Below, piece by piece: positions 25,919-37,587 of a stretch of DNA of 64,000 bases. The translations under genes and the position numbers were made by a program. Below the pieces are notes generated by a model. The model searched no databases and had not been told where the DNA came from. It saw nothing but the letters and a program-made list of their open reading frames with translations. The DNA comes from Escherichia coli (GTDB taxonomy: Bacteria > Pseudomonadota > Gammaproteobacteria > Enterobacterales > Enterobacteriaceae). Position 1 is the stretch's first letter. Each line of letters opens with the position of its first letter. The stretch is taken from assembly GCF_003790525.1 (NCBI RefSeq), contig NZ_CP033635.1. One strand, given 5' to 3'.

Positions 25919-26052
25919 CTTTGTCACTTATTGACATCATGTATAGTTATAGGACGACATAATATCAGCAATATAAACACCCTCCTTGAACGTTTTGCGT
26001 TCGCAGTGGATGGTGTAGAATCAGCTTTAATCATTCATACAGGGAATGAATT

Positions 26053-26394
26053 ATGAAAATCACTCTCAGCAAACGAATCGGCCTGCTCGCTTTTCTGCTG
26101 CCTTGCGCACTGGCATTGAGCACAACTGTTCATGCCGAAACTAACAAACTGGTGATTGAGTCTGGCGACAGTGCACAAAGCCGCCAGCACGCCGCTATGG
26201 AAAAAGAGCAATGGAATGACACGCGCAATCTGCGCCAGAAAGTGAATAAACGCACTGAAAAAGAGTGGGATAAAGCCGACGCCGCTTTTGATAACCGCGA
26301 TAAATGTGAGCAAAGCGCCAACATCAATGCCTACTGGGAGCCAAATACTTTGCGCTGCCTGGACCGTCGAACTGGTCGCGTTATTACCCCCTAA
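26053..26394 (+). CDS. ynfB: secreted UPF0482 protein YnfB
   Basis: 113 aa with signal peptide. Confidence 0.8.
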
Positions 26395-26428
26395 CCTGTT
26401 ATTGATTTAAGGAATGTAAGGACACGTT

Positions 26429-26989
26429 ATGCCAAGCGCCCACAGTGTTAAGCTACGCCCGCTGGAGCGTGAAGATTTACGCTATGTACATCAACTCGAC
26501 AATAACGCCAGTGTGATGCGTTACTGGTTTGAGGAACCCTACGAAGCCTTTGTTGAACTCTCTGATCTGTACGATAAGCATATTCACGATCAGAGCGAAC
26601 GGCGCTTTGTGGTGGAATGTGACGGCGAAAAAGCCGGTCTGGTGGAGCTGGTGGAAATTAACCATGTTCATCGCCGCGCAGAATTTCAGATAATTATCTC
26701 CCCGGAATATCAGGGGAAAGGTCTGGCAACGCGTGCCGCAAAATTAGCAATGGACTATGGCTTCACCGTTCTCAATCTCTATAAGCTGTATCTGATCGTC
26801 GATAAAGAGAATGAAAAAGCGATTCACATTTACCGCAAGCTTGGCTTTACGGTTGAAGGTGAATTGATGCATGAGTTCTTTATTAATGGTCAATATCGGA
26901 ATGCCATTCGTATGTGCATATTCCAGCATCAGTATCTGGCAGAGCACAAAACACCGGGTCAGACTCTCCTGAAGCCGACCGCACAATAG
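26429..26989 (+). CDS. speG: spermidine N1-acetyltransferase
   Basis: 186 aa GNAT; recognised SpeG. Confidence 0.92.
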   Translation: MPSAHSVKLRPLEREDLRYVHQLDNNASVMRYWFEEPYEAFVELSDLYDKHIHDQSERRFVVECDGEKAGLVELVEINHVHRRAEFQIIISPEYQGKGLATRAAKLAMDYGFTVLNLYKLYLIVDKENEKAIHIYRKLGFTVEGELMHEFFINGQYRNAIRMCIFQHQYLAEHKTPGQTLLKPTAQ

Positions 26990-26991
26990 CA

Positions 26992-27702
26992 TTAATAATA
27001 ATCGATAGTATTTTTGATGGTGTAAACCCGTTCGACGGCGGGTTTTACTCCTTCATCAACAATGATTAGCTGACAGTCTACCGGATTGGCGTGACTGTCA
27101 TATTCACAGCTCTGTTTTACATTACCAACCCGTTGATTATTCAGTAAAGTAACCGCGGTGTAATCTAATTTTTTGATCGGATCCGTTGATGGCGTGGCGC
27201 TGACAGATAATGTTTTGTCGTTACTTTTCGTAGTTTTACCCAGCGGATACCCCTGATCATCATAGCGATATTCCATCTGCATCTGTTTGCTGCTGGCTTT
27301 AATCACAAAGCCATTATCATCGGTTTCCCAACTCACCCCGGCAGAAGGTAATTCTGCTAGCTGGCATTTTCCCTGCAAACGAACTCTTTTCTCCAGTGTC
27401 TGGGCATCACGGTAATAATTGGCGTCCAGTACCAGGGCAACCACGGTATTATTTTCCAGATCCAGTAATTCGAGAGAATCAAAACAGCCTTCTTCCGACA
27501 AAGTCCCCGAAACACGTTTCGTCACTTCACCTTGCTCATCCATTAATGTCTGAGTGAAATCTTTTACGGGACCACGCAGCGGATCAAAATCGAATTCATT
27601 AGAGAAACTGGCCATCTCCGGGGTAAATGAAAGTGTTACCTCTGTGCGGTCACATCCTGTGAGGAATATCGCGAGTAAGCATGGCAGTAATTTGTATTTC
27701 AC
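26992..27702 (-). CDS. ynfC: UPF0257 lipoprotein YnfC (start uncertain, possibly GTG)
   Basis: lipobox LTGC near N-terminus. Confidence 0.75.
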   Translation of the reverse strand: MKYKLLPCLLAIFLTGCDRTEVTLSFTPEMASFSNEFDFDPLRGPVKDFTQTLMDEQGEVTKRVSGTLSEEGCFDSLELLDLENNTVVALVLDANYYRDAQTLEKRVRLQGKCQLAELPSAGVSWETDDNGFVIKASSKQMQMEYRYDDQGYPLGKTTKSNDKTLSVSATPSTDPIKKLDYTAVTLLNNQRVGNVKQSCEYDSHANPVDCQLIIVDEGVKPAVERVYTIKNTIDYY

Positions 27703-27806
27703 AACAGTCACCTGAGAGTAGAGATGATTCTCAATCATAGTAGCAAATACAGTACTTTACACGTTAAATGCTATGCTTAAAGAAGTTATCTTCGCGTAAG
27801 GAGCTT

Positions 27807-28115
27807 ATGATGAAACTCTCAACCTGCTGTGCCGCGCTTCTGCTCGCCCTCGCCTCACCCGCGGTACTCGCCGCGCCGGGATCCTGTGAGCGCATACAGA
27901 GCGATATATCACAGCGCATTATCAATAATGGCGTACCCGAAAGCAGCTTCACGTTAAGTATTGTACCCAATGACCAGGTTGATCAGCCTGATTCCCAGGT
28001 CGTCGGGCATTGCGCTAATGATACGCATAAAATTCTCTACACCCGCACCACCAGCGGTAACGTCTCTGCTCCCGCGCAGTCTACCCAGGATGGCGCGCCT
28101 GCCGAACCGCAGTAA
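27807..28115 (+). CDS. ynfD: secreted DUF1161-type protein YnfD
   Basis: about 102 aa with signal peptide. Confidence 0.75.
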   Translation: MMKLSTCCAALLLALASPAVLAAPGSCERIQSDISQRIINNGVPESSFTLSIVPNDQVDQPDSQVVGHCANDTHKILYTRTTSGNVSAPAQSTQDGAPAEPQ

Positions 28116-28313
28116 CACATTATCGACTGAACGCCGGATACGACACATCCGGCGATTTGAACATACAACATAATCCCACCTTATTACTCATACCCTTCTA
28201 TTGATATGGATTAATAATTCTTAACCCAAAATGGGTAGACTCCCTCTATTGTTAGCGCGCTAAATATTCAATATATAAACTTTTATATAACGATAAAGAA
28301 CAGGGAGTGAGTT

Positions 28314-30740
28314 ATGTCCAAAAATGAACAAATGGTGGGCATCAGCCGCAGAACACTCGTTAAATCTACCGCGATAGGTTCTCTGGCGCTGGCTGCAGGC
28401 GGTTTTTCTTTACCGTTCACCCTGCGCAGTTCAGCGGCAGCGGTACAACAGGCCAGCGAAAAAGTGGTCTGGGGTGCCTGTTCCGTCAACTGTGGTAGCC
28501 GCTGTGCACTTCGTCTACATGTTAAAGATAATGAAGTCACTTGGGTGGAAACTGACAACACCGGCAACGACGAGTATGGCAATCAACAAGTACGCGCCTG
28601 TTTGCGCGGTCGGTCCATCCGTCGACGTATTAATCATCCCGATCGCTTGAATTACCCAATGAAACGCGTGGGCAAACGTGGCGAAGGCAAATTCGAACGG
28701 ATTAGCTGGGATGAAGCCCTGGATACTATCGCCAGTAGCCTGAAAAAAACCGTCGAACAATATGGCAATGAGGCTGTATATATTCAGTACTCTTCAGGGA
28801 TCGTTGGCGGCAATATGACCCGCTCTTCACCATCAGCCTCGGCGGTCAAACGCCTGATGAACTGCTACGGCGGTTCACTCAATCAGTATGGCTCCTACAG
28901 CACCGCGCAAATTTCCTGTGCCATGCCCTACACCTACGGCAGTAATGATGGCAACAGCACCACGGATATTGAAAACAGCAAGCTGGTCGTGATGTTTGGT
29001 AACAACCCGGCAGAAACCCGCATGAGCGGCGGTGGCATCACTTATCTTCTTGAAAAAGCACGCGAGAAATCGAACGCAAAAATGATTGTTATCGATCCGC
29101 GATATACCGATACGGCTGCTGGTCGTGAAGACGAATGGTTACCTATTCGCCCGGGCACCGATGCCGCGCTGGTTGCGGGTATTGCCTGGGTATTGATTAA
29201 CGAAAATCTCGTTGATCAACCTTTTCTCGATAAATACTGCGTCGGCTATGACGAAAAAACCTTACCCGCAGATGCACCAAAAAATGGTCACTATAAAGCC
29301 TATATTCTTGGTGAAGGTGATGATAAAACAGCGAAAACGCCGCAGTGGGCTTCGCAAATTACCGGTATCCCGGTGGACCGTATCATCAAGCTGGCTCGTG
29401 AAATTGGCACAGCAAAACCCGCTTATATCTGCCAGGGCTGGGGGCCGCAACGCCAGGCAAACGGTGAGCTGACCGCACGCGCTATTGCTATGTTGCCTAT
29501 TTTGACGGGCAATGTCGGCATCAGCGGCGGAAATAGTGGTGCGCGTGAATCGACCTATACCATTACCATAGAACGCCTACCGGTGCTGGATAATCCGGTC
29601 AAAACGTCAATCTCTTGCTTCAGCTGGACGGATGCTATCGATCATGGCCCGCAAATGACGGCAATCCGCGACGGTGTCCGGGGCAAAGATAAACTGGATG
29701 TGCCCATTAAGTTCATCTGGAACTACGCGGGAAATACCCTCGTTAATCAGCATTCTGACATCAACAAAACGCATGAAATTCTGCAGGACGAATCGAAATG
29801 CGAAATGATTGTGGTCATCGAAAACTTTATGACCTCATCGGCAAAATATGCCGACATTCTGCTGCCAGACCTGATGACCGTTGAGCAGGAAGATATTATT
29901 CCTAACGACTACGCCGGTAACATGGGATATCTCATTTTCCTTCAGCCAGTCACCAGCGAAAAATTCGAACGCAAACCGATTTACTGGATCCTGAGTGAAG
30001 TCGCGAAACGTCTTGGACCTGACGTCTATCAAAAGTTCACTGAAGGTCGCACTCAGGAACAATGGTTACAACATCTGTACGCCAAAATGCTTGCCAAAGA
30101 TCCGGCGTTACCGTCTTACGACGAACTGAAAAAAATGGGTATCTATAAGCGTAAAGATCCCAATGGTCATTTTGTCGCCTACAAAGCATTTCGTGAGGAC
30201 CCCGAGGCAAATCCACTTAAAACGCCTTCCGGTAAGATTGAAATTTATTCCAACAGGCTGGCGGAAATTGCCCGTACCTGGGAACTGGAAAAAGATGAAG
30301 TGATAAGCCCATTGCCAGTTTATGCCTCAACCTTTGAAGGCTGGGACTCCCCTGAACGTAGAACCTTCCCACTGCAACTGTTTGGTTTCCATTACAAATC
30401 CCGTACTCACTCGACCTACGGCAACATTGATGTCCTGAAGGCAGCCTGCCGTCAGGAGGTGTGGATCAACCCTATAGATGCACAGAAACGTGGGATTGCC
30501 AACGGCGATATGGTGCGGGTGTTTAACCATCGTGGCGAAGTTCGGCTACCAGCCAAAGTGACACCACGCATTCTCCCTGGAGTTAGTGCTATGGGCCAGG
30601 GAGCCTGGCACGAGGCCAATATGTCTGGCGATAAAATCGACCATGGCGGCTGTGTGAATACGCTAACCACTCTGCGCCCTTCACCACTGGCGAAGGGAAA
30701 CCCGCAGCACACTAATCTGGTCGAGATCGAAAAAATATAA
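28314..30740 (+). CDS. ynfE: Tat-exported molybdopterin oxidoreductase catalytic subunit (DmsA paralog)
   Basis: 808 aa, twin-arginine signal (SRRTLVK), Cys cluster CSVNCGSRC. Confidence 0.9.
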   Translation: MSKNEQMVGISRRTLVKSTAIGSLALAAGGFSLPFTLRSSAAAVQQASEKVVWGACSVNCGSRCALRLHVKDNEVTWVETDNTGNDEYGNQQVRACLRGRSIRRRINHPDRLNYPMKRVGKRGEGKFERISWDEALDTIASSLKKTVEQYGNEAVYIQYSSGIVGGNMTRSSPSASAVKRLMNCYGGSLNQYGSYSTAQISCAMPYTYGSNDGNSTTDIENSKLVVMFGNNPAETRMSGGGITYLLEKAREKSNAKMIVIDPRYTDTAAGREDEWLPIRPGTDAALVAGIAWVLINENLVDQPFLDKYCVGYDEKTLPADAPKNGHYKAYILGEGDDKTAKTPQWASQITGIPVDRIIKLAREIGTAKPAYICQGWGPQRQANGELTARAIAMLPILTGNVGISGGNSGARESTYTITIERLPVLDNPVKTSISCFSWTDAIDHGPQMTAIRDGVRGKDKLDVPIKFIWNYAGNTLVNQHSDINKTHEILQDESKCEMIVVIENFMTSSAKYADILLPDLMTVEQEDIIPNDYAGNMGYLIFLQPVTSEKFERKPIYWILSEVAKRLGPDVYQKFTEGRTQEQWLQHLYAKMLAKDPALPSYDELKKMGIYKRKDPNGHFVAYKAFREDPEANPLKTPSGKIEIYSNRLAEIARTWELEKDEVISPLPVYASTFEGWDSPERRTFPLQLFGFHYKSRTHSTYGNIDVLKAACRQEVWINPIDAQKRGIANGDMVRVFNHRGEVRLPAKVTPRILPGVSAMGQGAWHEANMSGDKIDHGGCVNTLTTLRPSPLAKGNPQHTNLVEIEKI

Positions 30741-30797
30741 CCCTCTACGACCATAAATTTTGACATGACATTTTGTTTGAAAAGCAATAAGTGAGTA

Positions 30798-33223
30798 ATG
30801 ATGAAAATCCATACCACAGAGGCGCTCATGAAGGCTGAAATCAGCCGTAGAAGTCTGATGAAAACCTCCGCACTTGGCAGTCTTGCGCTGGCAAGCAGTG
30901 CTTTCACTCTGCCATTTTCCCAAATGGTCCGAGCGGCAGAGACACCGGTAGAAGAGAAAGCGGTCTGGAGTTCCTGCACCGTTAACTGCGGGAGCCGCTG
31001 TCTGTTACGTTTGCATGTGAAAGATGACACCGTGTACTGGGTGGAGTCTGATACGACAGGTGACGACGTCTACGGTAATCATCAGGTTCGAGCGTGTTTA
31101 CGCGGGCGCTCTATCCGTCGACGGATGAATCATCCTGACAGGTTGAAATATCCCATGAAGCGCGTCGGCAAGCGCGGTGAAGGTAAATTTGAACGGATAA
31201 GTTGGGATGAAGCCCTGGATACCATCAGTGATAATCTTCGGCGGATCCTGAAAGATTACGGCAATGAGGCTGTACATGTCCTGTACGGAACAGGCGTAGA
31301 TGGCGGAAACATCACCAACTCGAACGTCCCGTACCGTCTGATGAACTCTTGCGGTGGTTTTCTCAGTCGCTATGGCAGCTACAGTACCGCACAGATCAGT
31401 GCCGCGATGAGTTATATGTTCGGTGCCAATGATGGCAACAGCCCGGATGATATCGCCAATACGAAACTGGTCGTTATGTTCGGAAATAACCCGGCAGAAA
31501 CCCGGATGAGCGGCGGTGGTGTCACTTACTACGTCGAGCAAGCCCGCGAACGTTCAAACGCACGCATGATCGTCATTGATCCACGTTATAACGACACTGC
31601 TGCCGGCGTGAAGATGAATGGCTGCCCATTCGCCCTGGCACCGATGGCGCACTGGCCTGTGCGATTGCCTGGGTACTGATTACTGAAAACATGGTCGATC
31701 AGCCATTTCTCGACAAATATTGTGTTGGTTACGATGAAAAAACGCTGCCCGCCAACGCACCACGTAACGCGCATTATAAAGCCTATATTCTGGGCGAAGG
31801 GCCTGACGGCATAGCTAAAACGCCGGAATGGGCAGCAAAAATCACCAGCATCCCGGCAGAAAAAATTATCCAGTTGGCACGAGAGATCGGTTCAGCAAAA
31901 CCGGCTTATATTTGTCAGGGTTGGGGGCCACAACGACATTCCAACGGCGAGCAAACATCCCGCGCTATTGCCATGCTTTCCGTTCTCACCGGTAACGTCG
32001 GCATAAACGGCGGCAACTCAGGTGTACGCGAAGGTAGCTGGGATCTGGGAGTAGAATGGTTCCCGATGCTCGAGAATCCTGTTAAAACGCAGATTTCCGT
32101 CTTTACATGGACAGATGCCATCGACCATGGTACGGAAATGACCGCGACCCGTGATGGTGTTCGTGGAAAAGAAAAACTGGATGTCCCCATCAAGTTTTTA
32201 TGGTGCTACGCCAGTAACACATTGATCAATCAACATGGCGACATCAATCACACCCATGAGGTGCTTCAGGATGACAGCAAGTGCGAGATGATTGTTGGCA
32301 TTGACCACTTCATGACTGCCTCGGCTAAGTATTGCGATATCCTGTTGCCCGACCTGATGCCAACAGAGCAAGAAGACCTTATCTCTCACGAATCTGCCGG
32401 GAATATGGGCTATGTGATCCTCGCCCAACCCGCAACCTCAGCAAAATTTGAACGCAAACCCATCTACTGGATTCTGAGTGAAGTTGCCAAACGCTTAGGA
32501 CCAGACGTTTATCAAACCTTTACTGAAGGTCGCAGTCAGCATGAATGGATCAAATATCTCCATGCGAAAACGAAGGAACGTAACCCTGAGATGCCCGACT
32601 ACGAGGAGATGAAAACGACCGGGATCTTTAAGAAAAAATGCCCGGAAGAACACTACGTCGCTTTCCGCGCATTCCGTGAAGATCCACAGGCAAACCCGTT
32701 GAAAACACCTTCGGGGAAAATCGAAATTTATTCTGAACGACTGGCGACGATTGCGGATACCTGGGAATTGAAAAAAGATGAAATTATTCATCCCCTTCCT
32801 GCATATACCCCAGGTTTTGATGGCTGGGACGATCCCCTGCGGAAAACCTATCCACTGCAGCTAACGGGCTTCCACTACAAAGCACGTACCCACTCCAGCT
32901 ACGGCAATATTGATGTGTTACAGCAGGCCTGCCCACAAGAGGTGTGGATCAACCCCATTGATGCTCAGGCACGCGGTATCCGTCATGGCGATACCGTGCG
33001 GGTATTTAACACTAATGGAGAAATGCTGATTGCCGCAAAAGTGACTCCGCGTATTCTGCCTGGCGTTACCGCCATCGGGCAAGGTGCGTGGCTTAAAGCG
33101 GATATGTTTGGTGACCGGGTCGATCACGGCGGCAGTATCAATATTCTGACCTCTCACCGCCCTTCACCGCTGGCAAAGGGAAACCCGTCGCACAGCAATC
33201 TAGTCCAGATCGAAAAGGTTTAA
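30798..33223 (+). pseudogene. ynfF: YnfF (second DmsA paralog) disrupted by an apparent 1-nt deletion near 31605-31610 (or sequencing error)
   Basis: ORFs 30798..31679 and 31691..33223 together match YnfE end-to-end but are in different frames; frame-A tail after DPRYNDTAAG is nonsense. Confidence 0.6.
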
Positions 33224-33233
33224 GGAGTAGCCC

Positions 33234-33851
33234 ATGACCACACAATATGGATTTTTTATCGATTCCAGCCGCTGTACTGGCTGTAAAACCTGCGAACTGG
33301 CGTGCAAAGATTTTAAAGATCTTGGCCCGGAAGTCAGTTTCCGCCGTATTTATGAATATGCTGGCGGCGACTGGCAGGAAGATAATGGCGTCTGGCACCA
33401 GAACGTGTTCGCTTATTATCTCTCCATCTCCTGTAACCATTGCGATGACCCCGCATGTACAAAAGTCTGCCCCAGCGGCGCAATGCATAAGCGTGAAGAT
33501 GGCTTTGTGGTGGTTGATGAAGATGTTTGTATCGGCTGCCGCTACTGCCACATGGCTTGTCCGTACGGCGCACCACAGTACAATGCTGAAAAAGGGCACA
33601 TGACGAAGTGCGATGGTTGTTATTCGCGCGTCGCCGAGGGGAAACAACCCATATGTGTCGAATCCTGCCCGCTGCGTGCACTTGAATTCGGTCCAATTGA
33701 AGAGCTGCGCCAGAAGCACGGCACTCTGGCTGCCGTTGCGCCACTGCCGCGCGCGCATTTCACAAAACCCAATATCGTTATCAAACCTAACGCCAACAGC
33801 CGCCCGACCGGCGATACCACTGGTTATCTGGCTAATCCGGAGGAAGTGTAA
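33234..33851 (+). CDS. ynfG: 4Fe-4S ferredoxin-type electron-transfer subunit (DmsB paralog)
   Basis: 205 aa with four CxxCxxCxxxCP clusters. Confidence 0.9.
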   Translation: MTTQYGFFIDSSRCTGCKTCELACKDFKDLGPEVSFRRIYEYAGGDWQEDNGVWHQNVFAYYLSISCNHCDDPACTKVCPSGAMHKREDGFVVVDEDVCIGCRYCHMACPYGAPQYNAEKGHMTKCDGCYSRVAEGKQPICVESCPLRALEFGPIEELRQKHGTLAAVAPLPRAHFTKPNIVIKPNANSRPTGDTTGYLANPEEV

Positions 33852-33852
33852 A

Positions 33853-34707
33853 ATGGGAAATGGATGGCATGAATGGCCACTGGTTATCTTTACCGTATTG
33901 GGTCAATGCGTAGTAGGCGCGCTGATTGTTAGCGGAATTGGCTGGTTCGCCGCCAAAAATGACGCAGACCGTCAGCGTATTGTCCGTGGCATGTTTTTCC
34001 TCTGGCTGTTGATGGGCATCGGGTTTATTGCCTCTGTCATGCACCTGGGGTCGCCACTGCGGGCGTTTAACTCGCTGAATCGAATCGGAGATTCTGGTCT
34101 GAGTAACGAGATTGCTGCCGGTTCCATATTTTTTGCCGTTGGCGGATTATGGTGGCTGGTGGCAGTCATCGGTAAAATGCCGCAAGCGTTGGGGAAACTC
34201 TGGTTACTTGTCAGCATGGCGCTCGGCGTCATTTTCGTCTGGATGATGACCTGCGTGTATCAAATCGACACAGTGCCAACCTGGCATAACGGTTACACTA
34301 CGCTGGCTTTCTTCCTGACAGTATTGTTGAGCGGTCCAATACTTGCTGCCGCAATTCTGCGGGCAGCCCGCGTTACATTTAATACCACACCATTTGCCAT
34401 CATTAGCGTTCTGGCGCTGATCGCTTGTGCCGGGGTGATTGTGCTGCAAGGTTTGTCTCTGGCGTCTATTCACTCATCCGTACAACAAGCCAGCGCACTG
34501 GTACCAGATTACGCCTCCTTACAGGTCTGGCGTGTGGTATTGTTATGCGCAGGTCTAGGATGCTGGCTTTGTCCGCTCATTCGTCGCCGTGAACCTCACG
34601 TTGCCGGACTTGTTCTGGGGTTAATCCTCATTCTTGGCGGTGAAATGATCGGGCGTGTGCTCTTTTATGGCCTGCACATGACGGTAGGAATGGCTATTGC
34701 AGGTTAA
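33853..34707 (+). CDS. ynfH: membrane anchor subunit (DmsC paralog)
   Basis: 284 aa polytopic protein from MGNGWHEW, overlapping the ynfG stop. Confidence 0.85.
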   Translation: MGNGWHEWPLVIFTVLGQCVVGALIVSGIGWFAAKNDADRQRIVRGMFFLWLLMGIGFIASVMHLGSPLRAFNSLNRIGDSGLSNEIAAGSIFFAVGGLWWLVAVIGKMPQALGKLWLLVSMALGVIFVWMMTCVYQIDTVPTWHNGYTTLAFFLTVLLSGPILAAAILRAARVTFNTTPFAIISVLALIACAGVIVLQGLSLASIHSSVQQASALVPDYASLQVWRVVLLCAGLGCWLCPLIRRREPHVAGLVLGLILILGGEMIGRVLFYGLHMTVGMAIAG

Positions 34708-34749
34708 CAAATTGGTGCGGGGCAACCCGCACATTTCAGGATGTTAGGA

Positions 34750-35364
34750 ATGACCCATTTTTCACAGCAAGATAATTTTTCTGTTGCGGCGCGCGTGTTG
34801 GGCGCGCTGTTTTATTACGCTCCAGAGAGTGCGGAAGCCGCCCCCCTGGTTGCGGCACTCACCCGTGACGGCTGGGAAACTCAGTGGCCTCTACCAGAAG
34901 AGTCATTAGCGCCGCTGGTGACTGCTTTTCAGACACAGAGTGAAGAGACTCACGCCCAGGCTTGGCAGCGTTTGTTTGTCGGCCCGTGGGCACTGCCGTC
35001 ACCGCCGTGGGGATCGGTCTGGCTGGATCGCGAATCTGTGCTGTTTGGCGATTCAACATTGGCACTTCGTCAGTGGATGCGCGAGAAAGGCATTCAGTTT
35101 GAAATGCAGCAAAACGAACCGGAAGATCATTTTGGTTCACTGCTGTTGATGGCTGCGTGGTTGGCGGAGAATGGTCGCCAGACAGAATGCGAAGAATTGC
35201 TGGCATGGCACCTTTTTCCGTGGTCAACACGTTTTCTTGACGTTTTTATCGAAAAAGCAGAACACCCTTTCTACTGTGCACTGGGTGAACTGGCTCGCTT
35301 AACGCTGGCGCAATGGCAATCACAACTGTTGATTCCTGTCGCGGTTAAACCACTCTTTCGATAG
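34750..35364 (+). CDS. dmsD: Tat proofreading chaperone DmsD
   Basis: 204 aa from MTHFSQQDNF, TorD family. Confidence 0.88.
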   Translation: MTHFSQQDNFSVAARVLGALFYYAPESAEAAPLVAALTRDGWETQWPLPEESLAPLVTAFQTQSEETHAQAWQRLFVGPWALPSPPWGSVWLDRESVLFGDSTLALRQWMREKGIQFEMQQNEPEDHFGSLLLMAAWLAENGRQTECEELLAWHLFPWSTRFLDVFIEKAEHPFYCALGELARLTLAQWQSQLLIPVAVKPLFR

Positions 35365-35558
35365 GATCACCGTAATATTGCCGGATGGTGACGATTACGC
35401 GCGATTCGGCAATAATACGTTACAGTGTCACGTTTTTTTATCTCTTAAAGCACGCACTGCTTTTGCGGCTGGCCTCTTTTGCCGCAAAATAGTCGCCCGT
35501 GTTTCATTGCCCATTTCTGCTCATGCATCATCTACACATCTATCCGGATCTGAGCACT

Positions 35559-36815
35559 ATGTTCCGCCGTCTGCTTATCGCAACAGTCGTCGGTATTCTT
35601 GCGGCCTTTGCCGTTGCCGGGTTTCGTCATGCAATGCTGCTACTGGAGTGGTTGTTCCTCAATAATGACTCCGGCAGTCTGGTCAATGCAGCGACAAATC
35701 TTTCCCCATGGCGACGGTTGCTAACTCCGGCGCTCGGCGGACTGGCGGCGGGTTTGTTGCTGATGGGCTGGCAGAAATTTACCCAGCAACGCCCTCATGC
35801 GCCGACCGATTACATGGAAGCGTTGCAAACCGATGGTCAGTTCGATTACGCAGCAAGCCTGGTTAAATCGCTTGCCTCTCTGCTGGTAGTAACCAGCGGC
35901 AGTGCAATTGGTCGCGAAGGTGCGATGATTCTTTTAGCTGCCCTTGCCGCCTCCTGTTTTGCCCAACGTTTTACGCCACGCCAGGAGTGGAAATTATGGA
36001 TCGCCTGTGGAGCTGCGGCGGGAATGGCTGCGGCCTATCGAGCCCCGCTTGCTGGCAGTTTATTTATAGCCGAAGTGCTGTTTGGCACTATGATGTTGGC
36101 CTCTCTCGGCCCGGTGATTATTTCCGCCGTCGTGGCGTTGCTGGTTAGCAATCTGATTAATCATAGCGACGCGTTACTCTACAGCGTACAACTCTCAGTG
36201 ACGGTTCAGGCTCGTGACTATGCGCTGATTATCAGTACAGGTGTGCTGGCAGGTCTGTGCGGACCACTGTTGTTAACGTTAATGAACGCCTGTCATCGTG
36301 GATTTGTAAGTCTCAAACTTGCGCCGCCCTGGCAACTGGCACTGGGCGGGTTGATCGTGGGTCTGCTTTCCCTGTTCACACCTGCAGTGTGGGGCAACGG
36401 CTATAGCACCGTACAATCCTTTTTAACCGCCCCGCCACTGTTAATGATCATTGCCGGGATCTTCCTCTGTAAACTGTTTGCCGTGCTGGCGAGTAGTGGT
36501 TCTGGCGCGCCCGGTGGTGTCTTTACACCGACGCTATTTATCGGTCTTGCCATTGGCATGTTGTATGGTCGTAGCCTGGGATTATGGTTCCCTGATGGCG
36601 AAGAAATTACGCTTTTACTCGGATTGACCGGGATGGCGACACTATTGGCGGCAACCACGCACGCGCCGATTATGTCGACGTTGATGATATGTGAAATGAC
36701 CGGGGAGTATCAGCTACTCCCCGGTTTATTGATTGCCTGCGTAATTGCGTCGGTAATTTCGCGGACGTTACACCGTGACTCTATCTACCGCCAGCACACT
36801 GCGAAGCATAGCTAA
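35559..36815 (+). CDS. clcB: ClC-type voltage-gated chloride channel ClcB
   Basis: 418 aa from [11 protein letters not shown]; GREG and GxFxP motifs. Confidence 0.85.
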   Translation: MFRRLLIATVVGILAAFAVAGFRHAMLLLEWLFLNNDSGSLVNAATNLSPWRRLLTPALGGLAAGLLLMGWQKFTQQRPHAPTDYMEALQTDGQFDYAASLVKSLASLLVVTSGSAIGREGAMILLAALAASCFAQRFTPRQEWKLWIACGAAAGMAAAYRAPLAGSLFIAEVLFGTMMLASLGPVIISAVVALLVSNLINHSDALLYSVQLSVTVQARDYALIISTGVLAGLCGPLLLTLMNACHRGFVSLKLAPPWQLALGGLIVGLLSLFTPAVWGNGYSTVQSFLTAPPLLMIIAGIFLCKLFAVLASSGSGAPGGVFTPTLFIGLAIGMLYGRSLGLWFPDGEEITLLLGLTGMATLLAATTHAPIMSTLMICEMTGEYQLLPGLLIACVIASVISRTLHRDSIYRQHTAKHS

Positions 36816-37463
36816 GCGGATGTATTGCCCCAGTTCACGCTGTTCGGCGCGCGGCAGATAAGGCAGTTCACCAATGAGCGGTGCCGGAAGTTTTTTACCG
36901 AGCACATCAATGATTTCCGCATAATGCGCAAGTCCTGGGTTGATTCGGTTAGCCACCCAGCCAATGAGCGGCAGCCCGTCGTTGGCAATCGCCTGAGCTG
37001 TTAGCAGTGCATGGTTAATGCAACCTTCCTGAATACCGACAACCATCAACACCGGCAGTTGTTCCTGCACCACCCATTCAGAGAGCGGACGCAAATCATT
37101 CATCAGACTGCGCCAGCCGCCAGTCCCTTCTACCACGACATGATCGACTTTATCGGTCAGGTTTGCCAGGCCGTTTGAAATGAGGGTGTAATTGATTGGG
37201 CAACTGTGCGCCACGCTACTTTCTTCTTCGCTTAACGCGATAGGATTAACTGCTTCATAAGGCAGTTCGATGGTTGAAACACTCTGCAACACCAGGGCAT
37301 CTTTATTACGCAGCCCTTCGGGTGTCTCTTTGCTCCCCTTCGCTACGGGTTTATATCCCGCAACCGTTTTTCCCTGGGAGGCTAACGCTTGTAGCAATGC
37401 GCGGGAAACCACCGTTTTCCCTACAGAAGTGTCTGTACCGGTAATAAAGAAACGCTTCAGCAT
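36768..37463 (-). CDS. bioD2: dethiobiotin synthetase paralog BioD2 (YnfK)
   Basis: 231 aa with P-loop GTDTSVGKT. Confidence 0.85.
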   Translation of the reverse strand: MLKRFFITGTDTSVGKTVVSRALLQALASQGKTVAGYKPVAKGSKETPEGLRNKDALVLQSVSTIELPYEAVNPIALSEEESSVAHSCPINYTLISNGLANLTDKVDHVVVEGTGGWRSLMNDLRPLSEWVVQEQLPVLMVVGIQEGCINHALLTAQAIANDGLPLIGWVANRINPGLAHYAEIIDVLGKKLPAPLIGELPYLPRAEQRELGQYIRLAMLRSVLAVDRVTV

Positions 37464-37587
37464 CACTAACTCCACCGTTATGCTTCACAAATATAAACCA
37501 GGAAAATAATTAACCTTGAAAGTCTAAGTTATGCTTTCCTGGCCCAAATTGAGATAGCGCAAATTTTGGTAGAACAGTTAAAAAATG

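Noticed and set aside
28130-28152. Hairpin CGCCGGAT-N7-ATCCGGCG after ynfD as a terminator
   Set aside because: Perfect 8-bp stem but no following T-run; could be a REP-like element or nothing. Not enough to call.
28314-33223. ynfE/ynfF tandem as a recent duplication or mobile element
   Set aside because: The paralog pair is a conserved feature of this locus with diverged sequences throughout; only the frameshift in ynfF is noteworthy.
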